Below, in pieces: positions 10,622 to 22,853 of a stretch of DNA of 64,000 nt. The notes below the pieces were generated by a model. That model did not search any database. It was not told where the DNA came from and saw nothing but the letters and a program-made list of their open reading frames with translations. Where the stretch lies: positions 1 through 64,000 of the IMG/VR virus record IMGVR_UViG_3300020027_000006; one strand, given 5' to 3'. The DNA comes from a virus. How positions within the stretch are numbered: position 1 is the first letter of the stretch; each line of letters starts with the position of its first letter. A program made the translations under genes and the position numbers.

Positions 10622-12859
10622 TCAACAATTATTTGTTGACCTAACTAACCAATTTTCTATTGCCAACACTCCTTCTAAGTTGTCTATTTCCGAATCCAAG
10701 AATTTATTGTAAGGTGATAAATAGGAGCCTCTAAATACGCCTGTTTTTCCAGACATTATAAATTCAATTTGATATTGAAAGTAAAAACTTTCATTAGACT
10801 CGTCATATGCCTTACTAATGGATATTACTTTTCCTACAGAGTGTAGATTATCCCCTCCGCTTCTGTTAATAACCTCATCTCCTATATTAAAAACAGCTCG
10901 TAACAGACTTACGCCGTAGTTACTTAGCCACAATCGTTCTCCAAGTAATTTAACTTGATTGAGTCTTACGTTTTCTACTTGCCAATATTTCTGATAATGC
11001 TCGGATTCTTTTGTTACTAAGTCTCCTATTCTCATCTCCTCTCTTACAAATATCATATTTTACATTTTTTCAGACATCCAAATTTGAACAGCACTATCTT
11101 CGTATACCGTCTCAATGATTTCCTCTCCAACTCTAATAAACGCACTACGTGGTAACACAAGAGAACATTTAGAATTATACAAAGATGGGAAGTTTCCTTC
11201 CATCTGAGCAAGGCAAATTTCATATTTATCGTAATTAGAAGTTACTCCTGTTACAATACCTTTTCTGCCGTAATATATACTTTCTTTTGAAACTCCTGAA
11301 ATTTGAATATGAGTTCCAACAGGTGTAAATTTATACTCTAGACTAATATTTTCAGATTCACCAAAGACGGTTCTAGGTTTAAAATTCCATTCAAATGCCG
11401 TTACGTGAACCATATCGTCTTCAATAAATTTAACATGACCACGTATCCACTTTATTTCACCTTCATGAAAAGTTTTTACTGATACTTCGTCTCCCACACC
11501 GTATTCCATATTAACCTGCTATCCATATATAAACTGCAGAACTATCAAATACTTCAAACTCTGAGTCTATAACTGAAAACTGAGACCTGTCTAATAAAGT
11601 ATAAATTGAATCTGGGTCAAGCCTTACTGTATAATCAGAGTAATCATAGCTTATACTCATTATCGTTCCTTCTCTGTTTTTCCACTTTTCACTGGTTACT
11701 TTAATTCGTTTACCAACACTTGAAGCTTTATGCGTTGTAATAATTTCATGTGATTTACGATACTCGAATTTTCTGAAATCGGGAAAACTCCCATGACTTA
11801 TAATAATTCTATCTTCTTCAGAGTATATATCAATAATATATCCATAAATATCAGTATCTTTAATTTTTACTCTGTCTCCTATTTCAAACTCCATAACTAT
11901 CCTTTTAACCAGTCATGTACAGGAACTTCTTTTTTTATTTCAATCCACTCTGTTGCTTTATTTTCTGCATCCCATAAAGCCCATGACTTGAATTTTTTTA
12001 GCAGCATATTTTCAAAATAAATTTCAGCCCCGAATCTTACTCTAAGACCATCGTACCTAGTAAACTCTTCATCATCAATTAAATAACCAGAACGAATAAT
12101 ATATCTATCACATTCTTTATCTGAAGAACTCCAAAAAATATTACGTACACCGTTTACTCTGTCATTTATCCAATTCTCACAATCTTCTAACGCATCTATC
12201 GGCTCAATCACGTTTTTTGAAGTATGCCCACCTAAAAAACTATGTCCAAAGGTATTTGACAGTGAGATATAGCCGTTAATCTTGTTTTTACACAATAAAA
12301 GTTCAGGTAAAGTTTTTATTGTTATCAAATATTCTTTGTAGATAATTTTTTCTATGACTCTCGGCAAAACTAACATAGTCAACTCCCCAACCAATCTGAT
12401 AGAGAAGTATCAGGAGGATGTATTTTCTCTAAAATAAAATAAGGTAAAGTTATAATAATTTCAGTGCTTGATTCGTATCTAGTTTTAATTTTAATGTGAA
12501 GGTTAGATTTTATTCCAACTACAGTACCTCTCTGTAATTCAGGAACAAGCCAACCAGACTCCTCCCAAACTACTTCATCTCCTATATCAAATTCAAGTTT
12601 TATCATGTTAATTTTCTAACCAGTCTGATAGAGAATTGTTAATGAATTCAGCTTTTTTAACCATACTTTTTAAAGTTAATTTTTTTAACCAGCCGTTAGG
12701 AAGAGTTTTAACCTCACCAACCTCTGCACCCTGTTCGGGCTCAAGTCTAACGTAGGAACAATACGTTCCTACAGTAAGTATGGTTCCTTTTCTCATTTCG
12801 ACTAAGTTATTTACACAGATTTTATAAGTCACCTCATCGCCTTTTTCAAATTTTAACAT
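10622..12859 (-). CDS. six W-tag ORFs, mostly KOW/SH3-like (10622-11056, 11060-11509, 11511-11894, 11897-12394, 12379-12606, 12608-12859)
   Basis: F/Y-x-x-GD-x-V starts; C-termini AIENWL, AVQIWM, AVYIWI, PVHDWL, SLSDWL, SLSDWL. Confidence 0.75.
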
Positions 12860-12903
12860 AAAATATATTTTATCATATGTATTCTATTTTGTCAATACAA
12901 AAA

Positions 12904-15458
12904 TTAAATCCTCAACCACTGTTGCACCGCATTAGAGTCCTTATCAGGATTATCACTCGCTCTTTTAACTAATTTAAAATCCTCGAAAAATAAGTCGCCA
13001 GTCCTAACACGGTCGGAAGAAGCATCGAAGTAAGTAAATCCAGCTTTCATCCTTCCTTCAACCAAATAAACAGAAGTCACAATTGTTCTTGAGCCGTTAA
13101 GAAGTTCGATTATATCTCCTTTCTTTATAAACTCTAAAGGCTCCGATTCTAAAATAACAAGTATTCCTTCAGAATTTATATAAGTGCCATTATTAAGTTG
13201 AAAGACTTGTAATTTTTCAAAAGCCGTAAATTGAATTAAAATGAAGTCTTTAACTACATCTGATACTACTCCTTTTAAATACTCCCCCTCTGGAGAACAA
13301 TAATGTATTGATTGACCAACTATAAACATATATCTAATTCTAACCAACGATGAAGTCCGTCTTTTTCAGGTTGTATTACTATTAAATCAGCGTATCGAAA
13401 TTCCTCGTTCCAGCCAACACCTTTTTCTGTATATGATACCCTCGCCCAACAATCGTTAGCAGGTAATTCTATCCAAGTCTTGAATACCTCTCCTATCTCA
13501 CCGTTAGGAAGGAGCACTTTATCACATATTTTTATTCTGTCTAATGAATCTGTATTTAAGAAGTTTAAAGTTTCGTTATAACAATTTTGGTATAATTCAG
13601 ATTCCGGAGAATAATTAAAAGTTTCTACCATTTCTGGGAAATTCCATTTAGCCAAAATAAGAGGTGGAGAATCAAATATAGCATATACTGTTCCTTTTTT
13701 TATTATTTGTTTTCCATCTCTTCCTCTTCCGTCAGAAAGGCTCCAAACATTCATTCCTTTGACAATTAAATCTTTCATACCTTTGCGGACAACCAATTTG
13801 TTACACTCGTATTTTCAATAATCAGCTCAGTTGTAAAGCTTAAATTATCCTCATGCATAAAAAAATCATTATAATCATTTACCTTATGTACAGCCTGTCC
13901 ATTATCATCTACAGAACAAACACAGTAAATATATTCCGAACCCTCAAAGTTTTTTCTTACGGATACAATAACTCCTTTTACAAGAGGAAGTTCTGAACCG
14001 TACTTAACCGTTACACAGTCACCTGTTTTAAATTTTGGATAACTCATTAGACATCCAATTAAGTACAGGATAAAGTGTTGTATCCTGCACCTCTAATTTA
14101 TCCTCCCAAACCCAAACTCTTTCACCAGTTATAAGACGTACTAAATATATATTTATAACTTTATCTTGACGCCAATCAAATTCAGACTTACATCTAACTA
14201 TATGTCCTAATGTATTATTTGTTAGTATTATTACTTTTGTATTATCTTCAAATTTTATCGAGTTTGCCCGTCTGTCACTGGCTTTTTCAATCAAAGTAAG
14301 CTGATTGACAGGCTTTAAGAATCTTTTTATGCGTCCTGCATCATCAACACCTCTTATATAATACGCTTCGGGGTGCAATTTAGAAGGACAAAATATATAC
14401 AGATTTCTATAAAAATACAGATAGTCACAGCGTACTTTGTCATTTTTCTGAAATTTATACTTACTCATATATTTATAATCCATTCACAAACTGGTGAAAT
14501 AACTGAAAAAATATCTTCTTCTAAGTCTGACTCAAAACACCAAATTGTTTCTTCATTATCGAGTTTTAAAAGATATTCATGTATAACTTCGCCTTTAATT
14601 ACATATTTTTGAAATTTATACATATATCATTCGTTCGCGGACAGCCAATTTTGTACAAAATTAACTTCTTCGACTATCCCATCATCCTGTATAAAACTTT
14701 TTGGGTGTATAGAAGTTAAAGTCCACCAAAACCTGTGAACAATTTTGAAAATATGTTTATAATTATCTTCTTCCAGTCTTAAATCATAATAACTTTCGTC
14801 GAAAGACAGAGAAACCGATTCTGTTTGTCCATAGTTTTCTACGATACATCTTATTCCAATTTTGTGCGGAGAGCTTTTATACAGTACAAGTTCTCCTATC
14901 TCAAATTTAGGTTTCTTCATAAATTTTCTATCCACCTGTAAACAGACTCATCAAAAACATCTTCATTAGCTGTATAAGGTAGTACATTTGTCAGTCTATC
15001 CTCTAAATACACACCGCTCACATTACAACCTTCTAAAAATGAATGTGTTGTATAGACAGGAAATTTATCCAAACCTATTCGAGATATTTTAACTATTATT
15101 CCAATAAACGGCTCTTTTTTAGGCTCTGTAATCATTACAGATTGTCCTATACTATATTTAGGTTTGTTCATGTTCCATTCATTTAGATACAGAAGATTCT
15201 GAATTATCAGAATTTTTCATTGGTCAGCCAATTCTGTAAGCATTCGTAAACAGGTATAATAGACTCTAAATATTGATTTTTAAAATACAGTGACTCTTCA
15301 AACTCAGTTATAACTGTATATTGATATTTTTCTACTTGTCCTATCAAATCGTGGACGATTGTAATCTCTGTTATTCTACCTATCTTATTGTTATGAGTGA
15401 CACTAGGGGACACGATACGGACTATATCTCCTATTATGTACTCTGGTTTTCCTAACAT
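12904..15458 (-). CDS. eight W-tag ORFs (12904-13347, 13320-13796, 13775-14047, 14028-14483, 14465-14623 [52 aa, not in ORF track], 14627-14935, 14917-15171, 15207-15458)
   Basis: Mostly KOW-like N-termini (FKTGDCV, FEIGELV, YSIGQSV, YIIGDIV); C-termini AVQQWL, GLHRWL, SVTNWL, PVLNWM, PVCEWI, FVQNWL, SVYRWI, CLQNWL. Confidence 0.75.
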
Positions 15459-15602
15459 ATATCTAATTAAATTTACCCATTCGCGGACAGAGAATAAGTT
15501 TACGAATCAGTTCCTGAATAAGTAGTCATTAAACTTTCAGGAAGTATAACACCTAATTTATTACCTAGACGGATAATCTCTCTATTGTCTAAATCACGTT
15601 GC

Positions 15603-16109
15603 TCAGTTTTCACTTACTTTAGACGCTTCAGATGCCTTTACCAGCTCTACCAATTTCTTTTTATTAAACAATATACCAGATTCAAACATAGCCAAAACTG
15701 TGAGTCCATTATACATGGAGCCGCTCCATAGACCAGTATCTCCGTTTTTAATATTAATGAAGTTGCTAACAGATGAATCGTATTTTACAGTAAGTTTTGT
15801 GTCCTCTCTCGTGTTCAATAGATTTACTTTATTTGTTAAACTTTCAAAAATAACAGTCTCTGCGGACTTTACCGGCTCCTCATCCCAATGTGTCCAAGCC
15901 AATATATAAACCCAATCAATGCTTTCACCGACAGGAGTGTTACCAACTACAATAAACCTGAGTAAGGAACTGCCTCCCTCGCTGATTGAAATATATGGAA
16001 AATCTTTGTCGCTGTGTTCAGTAATAGTAAGTTTATTTGATTCACATATATCATTTATTTCAGTTAGAATATATGTACGTTTTGTAAATAAATTTTTAAG
16101 TTCAGTCAT
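15603..16109 (-). CDS. hypothetical protein
   Basis: 168-aa ORF with AGGAG SD; no W-tag. Confidence 0.65.
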   Translation of the reverse strand: MTELKNLFTKRTYILTEINDICESNKLTITEHSDKDFPYISISEGGSSLLRFIVVGNTPVGESIDWVYILAWTHWDEEPVKSAETVIFESLTNKVNLLNTREDTKLTVKYDSSVSNFINIKNGDTGLWSGSMYNGLTVLAMFESGILFNKKKLVELVKASEASKVSEN

Positions 16110-16130
16110 AAATTTCTCCTAATCTTCAAT

Positions 16131-16457
16131 CTAATTAACTAACCAATCGACTAAATACGCTTTCACATTTTTCTGTTCATTATCTATAAGTTCGTTGGCA
16201 ATAAGACAAGCAGATTCTATGTTAGAATAATATTTCATTTTTTTGAATTCTCCAGTATTTCACATAGTTTTTATTCATTTGCGGACAGCCAATTCTGTAC
16301 ATCAGAATAACCTTCTTCGATTTCAATAGAAGGTTCATATGCTTCAATCATAGCTTTTATAAGAAGTTCAGCTCCAGACTCTGCACTTTGTACAGTAGTA
16401 AAACCCTTTATGGGTATAGTCAGAGACTAAATGCATTACATCTATTGAACTTTCCAT
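16131..16457 (-). pseudogene. short or frameshifted W-tag ORFs (16131-16238 ends YLVDWLVN; a frame ending at 16271 ends SDVQNWLSANE)
   Basis: Translated by hand; upstream parts are out of frame. Confidence 0.5.
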
Positions 16458-16460
16458 TTT

Positions 16461-16721
16461 TTATCCTTCTGCGGACATCCAATTGAAGACCGCTAAAGTT
16501 ATTTGACTCTTCTTTTCATCCAGTTCTTTTGCTAAAATACCAGATATATAATACTCAGCAAACATTTTAGCTCTATAAACAGTAGTAAAATTTTGAGCCA
16601 GATAATAACTTCCGTCATCTTTGTAAAGTTTAATTTTATATGGTGCTTCTTTATCCCAATCCCATATATCTTCGGGTGATTCAATTACATAACGTACACC
16701 TTTATAATAATAATTAGACAT
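16461..16721 (-). CDS. W-tag family small protein
   Basis: Ends AVFNWMSAEG; promoter upstream (about 16745-16771). Confidence 0.7.
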   Translation of the reverse strand: MSNYYYKGVRYVIESPEDIWDWDKEAPYKIKLYKDDGSYYLAQNFTTVYRAKMFAEYYISGILAKELDEKKSQITLAVFNWMSAEG

Positions 16722-17360
16722 AAACTTTATTCCTTGAATTTATTGTACCATATACAATCTCTTATGTCAATAAAATAATACTTTGGTGTTAATTTTATAC
16801 ACCGCTCGCGGACAAAAAATTAGGCGAACTGTCCAATCTTTTATATAAATTTATATAATATATAATAACAACCAATATTAGACAGTAAAAAGAGCATATA
16901 TTCTGAATACAAAAGAGCAATTAAAAAGAGAAAAATATATACAAAACAGCTTTATTTATATAAGAGATAAACAATATTACACATTAAGTAAATATAAGAA
17001 AACCAGACACAAAACTAATTTTTTAATACCCACCTGCGGACGAAGAAAAAGCTAATAAATACTAAGAGCAAATAAAAAGATAACTAACAAAGAGTTAACT
17101 AATACAGAAGAAGAGAACTAAAATAAAAGCCTTATAGAGTAATAGAGAATAGAGTAGCCAATAGAGTTCATAGAGCCTCATAGAGTGTCATAGAGAGCCT
17201 CATAGAGTGTGCATCCACCCTCCCAATCATAAAACCCGTCCTCAACAAAACCCAATTAAAGCCAATTATATACAGTAAACCTATACACAATCCATATACA
17301 ACCCAATTGTGGTACGTGCCACATTTTACAGGTAACTGTATTAAACACAATAGGTTAAGA

Positions 17361-17393
<33 letters not shown>

Positions 17394-17830
17394 GGCCCAA
17401 TTTGCAGTTTTCCCTAATTTGCACTCAACTGGAAGTTCCCTCTACACGTTCCCAATGCTTTTTATAAGTTCTAGTATATACAGCAGTAGCCAATCGTATC
17501 CAATCGTTATTTTCCATTTTATAGGGTATAAAAGTATGTTCAATTGTCTCAGCTTATGTTCAATAGTAGGTATTAATCTGACAAAATATAAAGGGCTCCG
17601 CGAAGCAGGGAAAAAGTTGTATTGGCTAAGGGGTCAAAGTATACTTTTTGCTAGTAAAAACGCATATATAGTTTTCTGTAAAGTGGCTTTATTTTGCCTG
17701 TAAATACGCAAAGACGGGTTTTTACTGTGTAGCATATACTAATACTAGTGTCAACACGGAAAAAGGGCAGGTCGGGGCAGCAAATGGCTTCTTTTACTGT
17801 CCGCAACCCTATAAAAGTATCATTTTTGTG

Positions 17831-17879
17831 TTGACAAAGCATATAAAACTATGATATAATGTATGTGGAGGGGTGCGGG
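17831..17879 (+). promoter_or_regulatory. antisense promoter unit 1 (TTGACA..TATAAT + GTGGAGGGGTGCGGG)
   Basis: Member of a 7-copy repeat family. Confidence 0.75.
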
Positions 17880-18209
17880 AAAAATAAAAAAATTTAGTTA
17901 AATTCCTGCGTCCGATAATGAGTACTGACGCAGGGGAAAAGTTACTCTGAAAATTCGTAACCTTTTTGTTTTCAACAGTTTAATTTTTTGACGCATTTTA
18001 TATAAGATTATATAAAAACAGGGATATTTCACTTGCATTTTGCAAGTAACTTGAGGATGTAATGCACGTTATGCCAGCAAACAGCTAAATAGATAAAAAG
18101 ATATGAGAAATATAAAAATAAAACTTTACACACTGCGGAAGTACGTAAAGAGAAGAGAAAAAAGGCAACCAGAACGGCTACCTTTTTATTTTTATTTGGT
18201 GGGTACTAA

Positions 18210-19133
18210 CTATGCGGTCTTCGTCAAAGCAGCAAGTGCCTTAGCATTAGATGCCTTAACCTTGTCAGCCTTAGCATCCTCAGCTTCTTGTGCCTTAGCC
18301 AAAGCCTTTGCCTTTTGCTCATTTGCACGAGTGACTGACTTAGCCTGTGCTTCCTTAGCTTTAGCATCAGCCTTAGCAACTGCATCCAAAGCCTTCTGCT
18401 TTGCCTTTTCCGCTTTTTCTACTTCCTTAAGGTCAGCCTGTCGCGTTGCTTCAATTGCACGAAGCTTTGCCTTTTCAGCCTTAGCGGTTTCACGTTCTGC
18501 TTTTCTACGTGCGGTTTCCTTACCTAACTCAACCGAACGGAGTTCCTTAGCCTTTACTCGCTCGGCTTTACGAGCCGCTTTTGCCTCGTCCGCAATACGC
18601 TGATTTTCAGCATTTACTGCTTCTCGGGCTGACTTTGCTTCTGCCTTTTTCGCCTCGTAAGCTTCGGTCGCATTGACACTCGGATGAAATACGTCGTTGC
18701 TGTCGGTGAATTCTACCGTCATGATAGCATCACCTTCTTTCCACGACTTAGCATCAGGAACCATAGCAGGGATACCTGCATCCTGATATTGACGAGCCTT
18801 TGCTTGTTCCTTACGCATAGCCGCAATCTCAGGACGACTTGTCCATTCTGTTGCCTTTGCGGTCTGGTCTTTCTTACAGATATTGCGGAACTTGCCGTTT
18901 GCAAGCTTCGAGAAATTCGATACACCTTCAACTGTCTTTTCCGGTGTTCCGCAAACCGAGCATTTAACTTCTGCCGTCTTTACTACTTCTGCCTTAACTA
19001 CTGCCTTAACTACTTCTTTCGCCGGAGCCGTTGCTGTAGTTTTGGTCTTCGTTGCCGACTTTGCTGACTTTGCCGACTTCGTTGCCTTAGTAGTTACGTT
19101 ACCTTTACCGTTTGTCTTTTTATTCGTTGCCAT
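18210..19133 (-). CDS. Lys/Ala-rich histone-H1-like / coiled-coil protein with a central CxxC module
   Basis: KATKSAKSAKSATK N-terminus, CSVC...NICKKD, K/A/E-rich C-terminal half; hairpin-like terminator at about 18160-18190. Confidence 0.7.
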   Translation of the reverse strand: MATNKKTNGKGNVTTKATKSAKSAKSATKTKTTATAPAKEVVKAVVKAEVVKTAEVKCSVCGTPEKTVEGVSNFSKLANGKFRNICKKDQTAKATEWTSRPEIAAMRKEQAKARQYQDAGIPAMVPDAKSWKEGDAIMTVEFTDSNDVFHPSVNATEAYEAKKAEAKSAREAVNAENQRIADEAKAARKAERVKAKELRSVELGKETARRKAERETAKAEKAKLRAIEATRQADLKEVEKAEKAKQKALDAVAKADAKAKEAQAKSVTRANEQKAKALAKAQEAEDAKADKVKASNAKALAALTKTA

Positions 19134-19180
19134 AATTTTAACTTTGTCCTTTTTACTGTGTCCCTTTGTTTGACTTAATC

Positions 19181-19342
19181 AGTGTACCAAATGAAAAGCA
19201 TTTTGTCAACATCTTTTTTAACTTTATTAAAATAAAAAAGTTAATTATTTTTGTAAACTTTCCTCTTCACTTTGTCCATTCTTTTTAAGTTACCTTCCTT
19301 CGACAAAAATAAGTGTACCAAATGAAAAGCATTTTGTCAACA
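19181..19342 (-). promoter_or_regulatory. tandem identical promoters (31-bp direct repeat at 19181 and 19312) upstream of the H1-like gene
   Basis: agtgtaccaaatgaaaagcattttgtcaaca occurs twice = TTGACA-17-TACACT on the minus strand. Confidence 0.8.
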
Positions 19343-19384
19343 AAAATATTAGCAGAAAACCCTGAAAATAAAAAAAGTTTTATG

Positions 19385-19432
19385 TTGACAAAAGATTACT
19401 TATATGATATACTATTTGTGGAAGGGTGCGGG
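19385..19432 (+). promoter_or_regulatory. antisense promoter unit 2
   Basis: TTGACA-17-TATACT + ATTTGTGGAAGGGTGCGGG. Confidence 0.8.
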
Positions 19433-19622
19433 ACTTCCAGTTGAGTGATAGATGAAACAGTTGTTGCAGAGACGAAACACAAACACAACAAAGATAAGAT
19501 AATGAGAAGCTATAAAAGGTTGACATACTGAGGAGCAAAACTCTGATAAGAAGTCTTATCAGAGTTTAAGTGGTTTCATGGGTTTCATGGGTTTCATGAA
19601 TTTAATAATTATTAATAATTAG

Positions 19623-21987
19623 TTATACTACGTAGTCATGCCAGTACTTTAGGTCGTGCTCTTCTAATACTCCTAAAGGAAAGTAACCGTCCGTGAACTC
19701 TTCTTCTTTGTATAACATTGAAAAGTCCTCTTTGTAGTAACTCATTGCAAATTTCTGTGCTTGGTCTCTATCACGAGCATTTTTTATAAGAGCATAACCA
19801 TCACGTCGCTTCCTGTCTTTCTGTCCGAAAGTTACAAAATATTTTGGCTTGGTTTTTTGCATACTAAACTTGTGAATTTTTTTGTCGTACTTGCGGACTC
19901 TCCGCAATAGCCTCAGAAATTAATGTAAGCCTTCCCATAAACTTTGTCTTAGCCATTTGATACCCTTGCTCAAAATGTCCGAGTGCTACTGTTAGACTTC
20001 CTATTGTTCCTCGTGCTATAACATTCATTTCGCCAGAGGACGTTTCATAAACTGTGTTATCAAACCTATCCGCACCAAAAGCTGTCTTAAGGTCTAGCCC
20101 AGTACGTGAATTTACATTACAAACAAATACATCCAACATCTTAGATGTATGAATATCGGGAAGATTAATATTATCCATAATCACTCTCTCCTGTTCACTG
20201 ATTATTCACTGATTGTTCGCTTATTATTTCAGTAACTATTGTTAGTCTATTTGTTAAGCTATTATTAGTCTATTATTAAGCTGATTTGTCATATTCTAAA
20301 GTACCTAAACTTTGTGCAAATTCCAGTTCTGTATTCTTATACTTTATAGCATAACTCGCTGTATGTTTATTAGCAAACCAAAGCTCGAACTCTCCCGTAT
20401 TTAAGTTGAAAAGAATGTGCTCTTTATTATTACTCATAGAAGTAACATACTTATAACCAGCTTTCCTCATCGTTTCCCTGTTATCCATAAATTTTATAGT
20501 ACCACAAAGAAAGATTTTTGTCAACAATTAAACTCTAACTACTCTTAGTTTATTATTAAATATTACTTCAGGAAGAGAATCAAATTCTTGAACTGTTAAC
20601 TTTGATTCTCCTCTAAAGTCGTAAGTATCGCCCATTAATATGCAAGCTTCGTCCTCATTAGACGCTTTAACGTAATACTCTTCACTGCCCATATCGTTTC
20701 CGTCAGCTATTATGTATATTTTCATACTCTCTATATTTTTCATTTTCTTTGTCATTTTCTTTGTAACTTCATTACGCAGCTTGTTGATTAGCAATCTTAG
20801 CTAATTCTTTCTTAACACCGACCGCAACTATACCTTTCCAGTTTTTTGAATGGATAAGAAAACTAAGCACCGTATTACGTGCGTTCTCTTCCGTAATCTG
20901 GTCAAGGTTAAACATTTCAGTAACTCGTTCCTTTGCTTCGCCACTAAGATTTGCATAATCTCGTTTGATTGTCCCTGCGAATCTATAAAGTGGCTTATGC
21001 TCTGTATTGTTTTCCATAATATGTAGTGTACCAAAGATTTGCTGCTTTGTCAACAAGAAAACCACACCCTAAATTTTTATTCCTAATGACTTTAGATTCT
21101 TATTAAGAATAGCCTCACCTGCTTTTAGATTAGCCTTTACATCGTTTACTAGGCTTTGTACGGCGTCTAAACCTCCTTTTAAGGTTACTATATAAGAAAG
21201 CGGTCGTTTAACCTTAAAACTACGTACATTATAGGTTGCAGTATTTTTTTCGATAGTGCCATAACAAACACCCGTATTGCTATCACTTGCAATCTTCTTT
21301 TCGAATTTTTCCGTTTCTTTCTTGTTATAGTAAGCATAAAGCAGCTCATCCACTTTTTCGATTAGCGTATCCATTTCGATGAACCCTATAAAATTTGTCG
21401 AAGCTACGTAAATATAAGTCTCTCCGCCACGACCTTCATTTTTTGCTTCGCCAACACGAACACCATTTTCATAAACAGATGCGGAAAAACAAATTGTTTC
21501 CTCACTCATGAATTCCGAAATTTTAATATTTTTTAATGTTATTGACATAAGAGTAATGTAGCATATTATTGCTATTTTGTCAAGATAAAAAATTCTTTTT
21601 ATTTTCTCTATTCTCTATTCTGCTCAGTAATATGTTTGAACTTATCTTCTTATTTACTTTATTGGTTAGTTAGATAGGCAATCACTTCTTATTTAATTTT
21701 TTTTATTTTTTTGTGATTTGCGGATGAGAAACTACTATATCTTTTCTTTTTCCTCTTTCCATGTCTTAGTATAATACCAGAAATGAAGGTTGTCAAGTGC
21801 GGACATTACTTTTCCTACTAATACTAATTAAATCAATAATATCAAGCAGTTCATTTATATCAGCATCTTGTACATCGACACGCTCCTCTAGCTTTGTTAT
21901 CATATTAAACAGGCCAAAGAGCAGTATGAAAATTAGTACAAGTACAACTATCAAAAATATACATACACCCATTAGTAAACTTTCCAT
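19623..21987 (-). CDS. small early-type ORFs (19623-19907, 19864-20184, 20276-20488, 20528-20794, 20772-21017, 21069-21548, 21793-21987)
   Basis: Several have their own promoter with ATG 6-7 nt after the -10 box; starts corrected accordingly. Confidence 0.65.
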
Positions 21988-22044
21988 AGTAAAATTCTAT
22001 CATAAAATAAATATAATGTCAACATAAAAAATAGAAAATAAGTG

Positions 22045-22092
22045 TTGACAAAAGATTATTTATATGATATACTATTTGTGGAGGGGTGCGGG
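22045..22092 (+). promoter_or_regulatory. antisense promoter unit 3
   Basis: TTGACA-17-TATACT + ATTTGTGGAGGGGTGCGGG. Confidence 0.8.
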
Positions 22093-22274
22093 TGGTACTT
22101 TTTTCCCCGGATTCCGGGGAAAAAGTAAATAAATTTATATGTGTGTATACGATTCCAGTTGAGACACACTTGACTAATAATGAGAGAGCCCCTCTCTGAG
22201 TGGGACTACTCTCTGGTGGGTGAGAGGAGACCTGCTCGATTGATGGCAGATAAAGAGAATAGAATAGAAGAGAC

Positions 22275-22315
22275 AAAAAAGCCTGCAAACTTTGCAGGCT
22301 CGTATTTTTTTTTGT
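22275..22315. terminator. bidirectional intrinsic terminator
   Basis: A6-gcctgcaaa-c-tttgcaggc followed by a T-tract. Confidence 0.7.
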
Positions 22316-22322
22316 TTTGTAT

Positions 22323-22821
22323 TTATTCTGTGTTCTTATTTTGCCAAACAAAATAATCTTTTCCGTATATAGCCTTCATAGCTAACTCGAACATAAAATG
22401 TATGTCGTCATTATCATCGTGATAAGTACCATTTGATACTGCCTTAACTCGTTTTTCTGCTAACCGAATTAAAGGATTCCAGTCTATTTTTGGTTGGACT
22501 TTAGGAGATTCACACTTGGGTTCAAATATAAATTCCCCGTCAATAAAATCTATTAATTGTATTTGACGGAAAGTTGTTATTGATTCTTTTGACATATTAA
22601 ATCTCTAAAAAATTTGTTAGCTTGTCGCGGAGTTCATCTAATTCAGACCCGTCAGTTTTGAATCTTGACTCTATATTAAGAGTATCTGCTATATCTTGCT
22701 CCCCTAATACGGCCTGTGCTATCACCATAGTCATAGCAAGTTCTCTACGTGAAAACCCTTTAATACCTACTCCTTCCTCAGTTTTGCTTACCGTTATTTT
22801 TCTTAGCGTCTCTTTGTCCAT
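22323..22821 (-). CDS. two hypothetical ORFs (22323-22595, 22597-22821)
   Basis: Leaderless promoter before 22821. Confidence 0.6.
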
Positions 22822-22853
22822 ATTTTTAATAGTAACACAATTAAAAATATTTG

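Noticed and set aside
15179-15181. TGA-to-Trp recoding linked to the phage TrpRS
   Set aside because: TGA is the normal stop in many genes (ATGA overlaps) and long ORFs are intact under the standard code; a single nonsense mutation is simpler
18103-19173. Plus-strand ORFs 18103-18603, 18684-19067 and 18883-19173
   Set aside because: Antisense shadows of the Lys/Ala-rich gene
20190-20280. Degenerate 11-12 bp tandem repeats (also ggtttcatg x3 at 19572-19598)
   Set aside because: Likely slippage products with no supporting function
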